From: an uncultured Gemmatimonadales bacterium
Lineage (GTDB): Bacteria > Gemmatimonadota > Gemmatimonadetes > Longimicrobiales > RSA9
Direction: 5' to 3'
Assembly (NCBI GenBank): GCA_963798845.1
Contig: CAWCUS010000002.1
Coordinates: forward strand, 256,001 to 320,000
DNA length: 64,000 nucleotides
In this document: one piece after another, positions 59,059 through 64,000 of the stretch
Position numbering within the stretch: position 1 is the first letter of the stretch
Layout: each line of letters starts with the position of its first letter
Made by a program: the position numbers and the translations under genes
The notes under the pieces: model-generated
The model's database searches: none
Told to the model about the DNA's origin: nothing
What the model saw: only the letters and a program-made list of their open reading frames with translations

Positions 59059-61197
59059 TTATCGACGAACGTCCTCGTTTGCGTCGCTTTCCCGGCGAAC
59101 GAGCTTGCCCGTGATCAGCTCCTCGACGATGCGATCGGCGTCGTACACGTCGTCGAGGGCTTCCGTGATCGCGCGCACGTCCACCATGATGTTCCGCCCC
59201 CGTTGCGGGAGGTAGATGAAGTCCCGGGACAGCCCCTCGATGTTGCGGTCGAAGTTCAGCCCCACCATCTCCACCGACGGCGTGATGGCCGGTGACCCCG
59301 AGTTGCCGCCGTACGTGTCGGCTGTCGAAATGAAATCGAGCGGCGTGTTCAGGTCCAGGCCGGCGGGCGGCGGGAGCCAGCGATCCGGCAGGTTCCAGTC
59401 GGAGTCGCGCCCGTATGACCACAGGTGGTCGTACATCCCGTAAAACGTGGTGTAGACCGGCGCCACAGTGCCGTTGTACTCGTACGGCAGCACCACGCCG
59501 TCGGTGATACGGGGGGAAGAGGTCGCGTCGGGCGGCACACTCGTCCCGTAAACCCCGAAGCGCGCCCGACCCAGCTCCGCGGCCAGCTCGTCCTCCCGAT
59601 CCGAAAGCCGACGCCACGCGTCCTGGTAGGCGTCGAAGCGCGGCAGGATCGCCTGGGCCAGCTGGACCGCGGGATCCTGAGATGGCTTCCCCGACTCCAG
59701 CAGCGCCGCCGTCATCCCCCTGTCCGAGAGCTGGCTCCCCTCCAGCAGCGTGGTCGCCGCCTCCTCCGGGTTCATCTCTCCGAGCGCCTGCGTGGCCAGG
59801 GGATCGTCCGCGCCGAGATAGCGCTCGAAGTCGGCCAGTCGCAGCGACAGCAGTGCGTGCTCCAGCTGCTCCGGCAGGTCCTCGACCTCCACCGCGCGCC
59901 GCTTCAGCACGGCTGCCTGCTCCGCGTCACCGGCCGCCTGCGCCTTCAGCATCTGGGCCGCGAAGAGCGCGCGCAACAGCGTAGCCGAAGAGGAGCGCGG
60001 ACTCCCGAAGAGCCGGAACGCGCCGTACGGAGCTGACAGGTCCCGCTTCTCCGCCTGCAGCGATGCGATCCGCTCGACCACGTCGCCGTATTGCCGGCTC
60101 AGCTCGGGATCCGCCGCGATAGAGTCGAGGAAGCGCTCCTCCGCGATCCGCTTCCGCGTCATGATCTCGGGCGTGCGGAGCGCGCCTAGCCGCCCCGCGT
60201 ATGCCTTCTGGGAGTTGCTCAGCCCGAACATCACGTTGCGCAGGTCCATGGCCTCCCCCGCCGCAGGATCGGCGTCGTAGAACGCGTGCATCGCCTCCAG
60301 CCGGTCGTCCAGCGCCCTCACGGTGTACGGGGTGACCACGTCGCGGCTGAACGCCAGCTGCGCCATCGTCAGGAGCCGGCTCGTGGGGCCGGGATTCCCC
60401 ACGACGAACACCACGCTCCCTTCCTGCACCCCCTCCAGGCTCCACCCCAGGTGCTGCTCGCTCTGGAACGGCTTCCCTTCATCGTCGTAGACGCGCAGGA
60501 AGGCGAAGTCGAGGGCGTAGCGCGGATACGTGAAGTTGTCCGCGTCGCCGCCGAAAAAGCCCATCTGGAGCTCCACGGCCGCCACCAGCCGCACGTCCGT
60601 GAACCGGTGGAAGACGTAAGCGGAGTAGCGGCCGCCATGGTACAGGGCACGCACCTCCACGTGCACGTCCCCGTGCTCCTGCTGCAGACGCCGCTGCACG
60701 CGGGCGACGGCCGAGTCCCTGGCCGCCGCCTTCGCCTCCGTCCCCGCCGCCGCGTCCACCGCGGACAGCACCTCCTCGCTCACGTCCTCCACGCCGATGA
60801 GCCGGTCCGCGTAGTACCCCGGAATGCGACGCTCCTCGTCCAGCGTCGGGGCGTAGAAGCCGTTGTCCAGCAGCGATTCCCCCTCCCGCTGCACAGACTG
60901 CAGTCGGCCGCGGACGCAGTGGTGGTTCGTCGCGACCAGGCCGTTGGGAGACACGAATGAGGCCGAGCAACCGGGGATGCGGAGCACGCTCATCCGCACC
61001 CGGTCGAACCACGCCTGGTCCGCCTGGAAGCCGTAGGTCCGGGTGAAGTACTCCGTCGGCGGGTACTCGTACGTCCACATCTTCCCGAAATCGTACGGTC
61101 CTGGGATCGTGTCGATGTCCGCCGTCTGGGCAGCTGCCGGGGCGACGAAGCAGAGCAGGGCCGGGACCAGCCATCGGCCGGTGGCGCGCGAGAACAT
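59059..61197 (-). CDS. S46 family dipeptidyl peptidase
   Basis: GKMW, GCSASFVS..GL..TNHHC, FGGD.DNF.YPRY.LD, GNPG.T.R, PDAT...R, GGNSGSP. Confidence 0.93.
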   Translation of the reverse strand: MFSRATGRWLVPALLCFVAPAAAQTADIDTIPGPYDFGKMWTYEYPPTEYFTRTYGFQADQAWFDRVRMSVLRIPGCSASFVSPNGLVATNHHCVRGRLQSVQREGESLLDNGFYAPTLDEERRIPGYYADRLIGVEDVSEEVLSAVDAAAGTEAKAAARDSAVARVQRRLQQEHGDVHVEVRALYHGGRYSAYVFHRFTDVRLVAAVELQMGFFGGDADNFTYPRYALDFAFLRVYDDEGKPFQSEQHLGWSLEGVQEGSVVFVVGNPGPTSRLLTMAQLAFSRDVVTPYTVRALDDRLEAMHAFYDADPAAGEAMDLRNVMFGLSNSQKAYAGRLGALRTPEIMTRKRIAEERFLDSIAADPELSRQYGDVVERIASLQAEKRDLSAPYGAFRLFGSPRSSSATLLRALFAAQMLKAQAAGDAEQAAVLKRRAVEVEDLPEQLEHALLSLRLADFERYLGADDPLATQALGEMNPEEAATTLLEGSQLSDRGMTAALLESGKPSQDPAVQLAQAILPRFDAYQDAWRRLSDREDELAAELGRARFGVYGTSVPPDATSSPRITDGVVLPYEYNGTVAPVYTTFYGMYDHLWSYGRDSDWNLPDRWLPPPAGLDLNTPLDFISTADTYGGNSGSPAITPSVEMVGLNFDRNIEGLSRDFIYLPQRGRNIMVDVRAITEALDDVYDADRIVEELITGKLVRRESDANEDVRR

Positions 61198-61415
61198 GGC
61201 GTATTTCCGTTGTGTTCGTGACGGGGATGCGAGGGTTCGCAGGTTAGGTTGCCGACCCGGTTGCGCGCGCGCAAGGAGAGTCCGGCCAGGGCGAGGGGTG
61301 CGGGCTCATCCGCTTTCCCGAGGACGTGGACGCCGGCAGGACGCCGCAGCGGCGTCCCGGCAGCCCTCCACCGCACGGTTGCGCCGACGCCGACCGCCGC
61401 CGAAACTCCACCTTC

Positions 61416-63290
61416 ATGCGCCTTGCCCCCCTCGACTGGCTCATTGTCGCTCTCTACTTCGCCGCCGCGCTGGCCATCGGGTTGTGGGCGGCGCGGCGGG
61501 CCGGGCGGGACACGGGCGAGTTCTTCCTTTCCGGCCGCAGCATGCCGTGGTGGCTGCTGGGCACCTCCATGGTCGCCACCACCTTCTCCACGGACACGCC
61601 CAACCTGGTCACCGATATCGTGCGCCAGGACGGCGTCTCGGGGAACTGGGTGTGGTGGGCGTTCCTGGTCACCGGAATGCTCACGGTGTTCGTGTACGCC
61701 AAGCTGTGGCGGCGTGCCGGCGTGATGACGGACCTGGAGTTCTACGAGATCCGCTACGGAGGCGCCCCCGCAGCGTTCCTGCGCGGCTTCCGTGCGCTCT
61801 ATCTGGGCGTGTTCTTCAACGTCATGATCATGGCCACCGTGTCGCTCGCGGCCGTGAAGATCGGGCGCGTCCTGCTGGGCGTCTCTCCTCTCGTGACGCT
61901 GGTCGTCGCGGGAGGCGTGACCGTGCTGTTCAGCGCGCTGGGCGGGCTGACGGGCGTGCTGCTCACGGACTTCCTCCTCTTCCTCACGGCCATGGCCGGG
62001 TCGGTGGCTGCGGCGGTCGTCGCCGTGGGACTGCCGCAGGTGGGTGGGCTGCACGGGCTGTTCTCGAACCCGGCCGTGTCCACGCGGCTCGCCATCCTTC
62101 CCGACTTCCACGACCCGGCCGCGTTCGTCCCGCTCTTCGTCATCCCGCTGGCCGTGCAGTGGTGGAGCGTCTGGTACCCCGGCGCGGAGCCCGGCGGCGG
62201 CGGCTACATCGCGCAGCGGATGCTGTCGGCCCGCGACGAGACCGACGCCACCGCGGCCACGCTCTTCTTCAACGTGGCCCACTATGCCCTGCGGCCGTGG
62301 CCGTGGATCCTGGTCGGGCTCGCCTCGCTCGTGGTGTTCCCCACGCTGGACTCCATCCAGCAGGCGTTCCCGGCCATCGAGCCCGGGATCCTGGGCCATG
62401 ACCTGGGCTACCCGGCCATGCTCACTTTCCTCCCGGCCGGGCTGCTGGGGCTGGTGGTGGCGTCGCTGGCAGCGGCGTACATGTCCACCATGTCCACGCA
62501 CCTGAACTGGGGCTCCAGCTACGTGGTCAACGACTTCTGGCGCCGCTTCCTCGACCCGGACGCCAGCGAGGGGCGCCTGGTCACGGTGGGGCGGGCGACG
62601 ACGGTCGTCCTGATGGTCCTCGCGGCCGCGCTCACCCTCTGGCTCCAGAACGCGTACCGGGCGTTCCAGATCCTGCTCCAGGTCGGCGCCGGGACGGGGC
62701 TCCTCTTCATACTCCGCTGGTTCTGGTGGCGGATCAACGCGTACAGCGAGATCACCGCGATGGTGGTCAGCTTCGCCGTAGCGCTCTGGTTCGAGATCCT
62801 CCAGCCACGGCTCATCCCCGGGCTGGTCGTGGCGCCATCGCTGAAGCTGGTGGCGGGCGTCCTCATCACCACGGCCGCCTGGGTGCTCGTGACCTTCGCC
62901 ACCGCCCCCACCGACGACGCAACCCTCCGCCGCTTCTACCGTCTGGCCCGGCCCGGCGGCCCCGGCTGGCGACGCGTGGCCGAGCGGTCGGCCGCAGCGG
63001 GCGAGGCGATGCCCGATCCGGCCGGCGACTGGACGGTGCCACGCGGCATCCTGGCCATGGTGGCCGGGTGCCTGACCGTTTACGCCGCGCTCTTCGCCGT
63101 CGGCTACTGGATCTACGGCCGCTTCGCCATCGCAGGAGGGCTCACCGTCGTCGCGGTGACGGGCGCGATCGTGCTGGCGCGCATCTGGGGGTCGGTGGCC
63201 GGACGCGCTGGCGGTCCTGGTGGAGGGGGCGCCTCGCCGCCAGGTGACGCAGCGACGGCGCCCGGCTCCGACGGGAGCGGCGGCCCGTGA
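61416..63290 (+). CDS. Sodium:solute symporter family protein
   Basis: FFLSGR.MPWW..G.SMVATTF..DTP, QRML.A.DE, AAYMST..T.LNWG. Confidence 0.92.
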   Translation: MRLAPLDWLIVALYFAAALAIGLWAARRAGRDTGEFFLSGRSMPWWLLGTSMVATTFSTDTPNLVTDIVRQDGVSGNWVWWAFLVTGMLTVFVYAKLWRRAGVMTDLEFYEIRYGGAPAAFLRGFRALYLGVFFNVMIMATVSLAAVKIGRVLLGVSPLVTLVVAGGVTVLFSALGGLTGVLLTDFLLFLTAMAGSVAAAVVAVGLPQVGGLHGLFSNPAVSTRLAILPDFHDPAAFVPLFVIPLAVQWWSVWYPGAEPGGGGYIAQRMLSARDETDATAATLFFNVAHYALRPWPWILVGLASLVVFPTLDSIQQAFPAIEPGILGHDLGYPAMLTFLPAGLLGLVVASLAAAYMSTMSTHLNWGSSYVVNDFWRRFLDPDASEGRLVTVGRATTVVLMVLAAALTLWLQNAYRAFQILLQVGAGTGLLFILRWFWWRINAYSEITAMVVSFAVALWFEILQPRLIPGLVVAPSLKLVAGVLITTAAWVLVTFATAPTDDATLRRFYRLARPGGPGWRRVAERSAAAGEAMPDPAGDWTVPRGILAMVAGCLTVYAALFAVGYWIYGRFAIAGGLTVVAVTGAIVLARIWGSVAGRAGGPGGGGASPPGDAATAPGSDGSGGP

Positions 63291-64000
63291 ACCCTGTCGC
63301 GGTGGTGCTCGCCGCGGGCCGGGGCACGCGCATGCGGAGAGCGGCCGACGTCCCGCTCACGCCGGAGCAGACGGCGGCCGCCGACCGGGGCCTGAAGACC
63401 CTGGTGCCGATCCGCGGCCGACCGTTCCTCGCGTATGTCCTCGACGAGCTCGCCGCCGCGGGCTTCGAGGAGGCGTGCCTCGTGGTCGGGCCGGGCGAAC
63501 GGACCGTGGACGGCGGGCCCGGCCCTGCACGCGGTGAGGGTGACCCCGTGCGCGCAGCCGCGGTAGCGCTGGACGCGCCGCTCCGCCTCCGCTTCGCGGT
63601 ACAGGCTGAGCCCAGGGGCGGCGCGGACGCGGTGCTCGCCTCGGAGCCCGTGGTGGGCGAGTCGCCCTTCGTCGTCATCAACGCGGACAACCTCTACCCC
63701 GCCGGCGTGCTCCGGGCGCTCCGCGAGCTGGCCGGGCCCGGGCTCGCGGCATTCGACCGGGAAGTGCTGATCCGGGAGTCCAACATCCCGCCGGAGCGGG
63801 TGGCGGCGTTTGCGCTGATCGAGGAGCGGGACGGCCTGCTCGTGCGCATCATCGAGAAGCCGCCCGCCGATGTGGCAGCCCGGATGACGGGTGCGGCCGT
63901 GAGCATGACGGCGTGGCGCTTCGACCCGGACATTTTCGCCGCCTGCCGCAACGTCGAGCCGTCGCCACGCGGGGAGCTGGAGCTGCCGGATGCGGTTGCG
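63287..64000 (+). CDS. Sugar-phosphate nucleotidyltransferase (partial, runs off the window)
   Basis: GTGA overlap; VLAAGRGTRM, K.LVPI.GRPFL.Y, Q.EP.G.ADAV, NADN, EKP, SPRGELELPDA. Confidence 0.88.
   Translation, partial: MNPVAVVLAAGRGTRMRRAADVPLTPEQTAAADRGLKTLVPIRGRPFLAYVLDELAAAGFEEACLVVGPGERTVDGGPGPARGEGDPVRAAAVALDAPLRLRFAVQAEPRGGADAVLASEPVVGESPFVVINADNLYPAGVLRALRELAGPGLAAFDREVLIRESNIPPERVAAFALIEERDGLLVRIIEKPPADVAARMTGAAVSMTAWRFDPDIFAACRNVEPSPRGELELPDAVA

Overview
High-GC bacterial chromosomal window (roughly 70% GC by eye) with about 50 credible genes. Gene content (Tat- and lipoprotein-rich, many peptidases, a carboxypeptidase-regulatory/TonB-plug protein) suggests Gemmatimonadota, but this is inference. 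No rRNA, tRNA, transposase, integrase or CRISPR array was seen. The main feature is a 15-kb anaerobic aromatic-ring-reduction locus (37041-52003): ptb-buk -> <- iorB <- iorA(fused to a 2x[4Fe-4S] and a GltD/BzdV-like flavin domain) <- maoC, then paaX -> oah(with C-terminal zinc ribbon) -> dch -> bcrC -> bcrB -> short bcrA -> bcrD -> small CxxC protein -> had. This is a class I benzoyl-CoA reductase pathway preceded by a PaaX-type regulator, with no aromatic-CoA ligase or stand-alone ferredoxin in the window. Non-coding highlights: (1) a candidate ~290-nt multi-helix RNA (about 1812-2097, minus strand) behind a near-consensus sigma70 promoter; (2) an adjacent cluster of co-oriented, partly helically phased DnaA-box-like 9-mers (2208-2328); (3) a second promoter plus long-hairpin leader (13509-13695); (4) two tandem arrays (21 bp x6; 26 bp x20) that each begin across a stop codon; (5) a heavily deleted hydrolase pseudogene. 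The rest is peptide and amino-acid catabolism (M3, S9, M24, S46 peptidases, lat, gdhA, ArcE-like protein, PLP decarboxylase) and housekeeping genes (recQ, glpD, fabH). All family assignments come from motif recognition by eye, not database searches.
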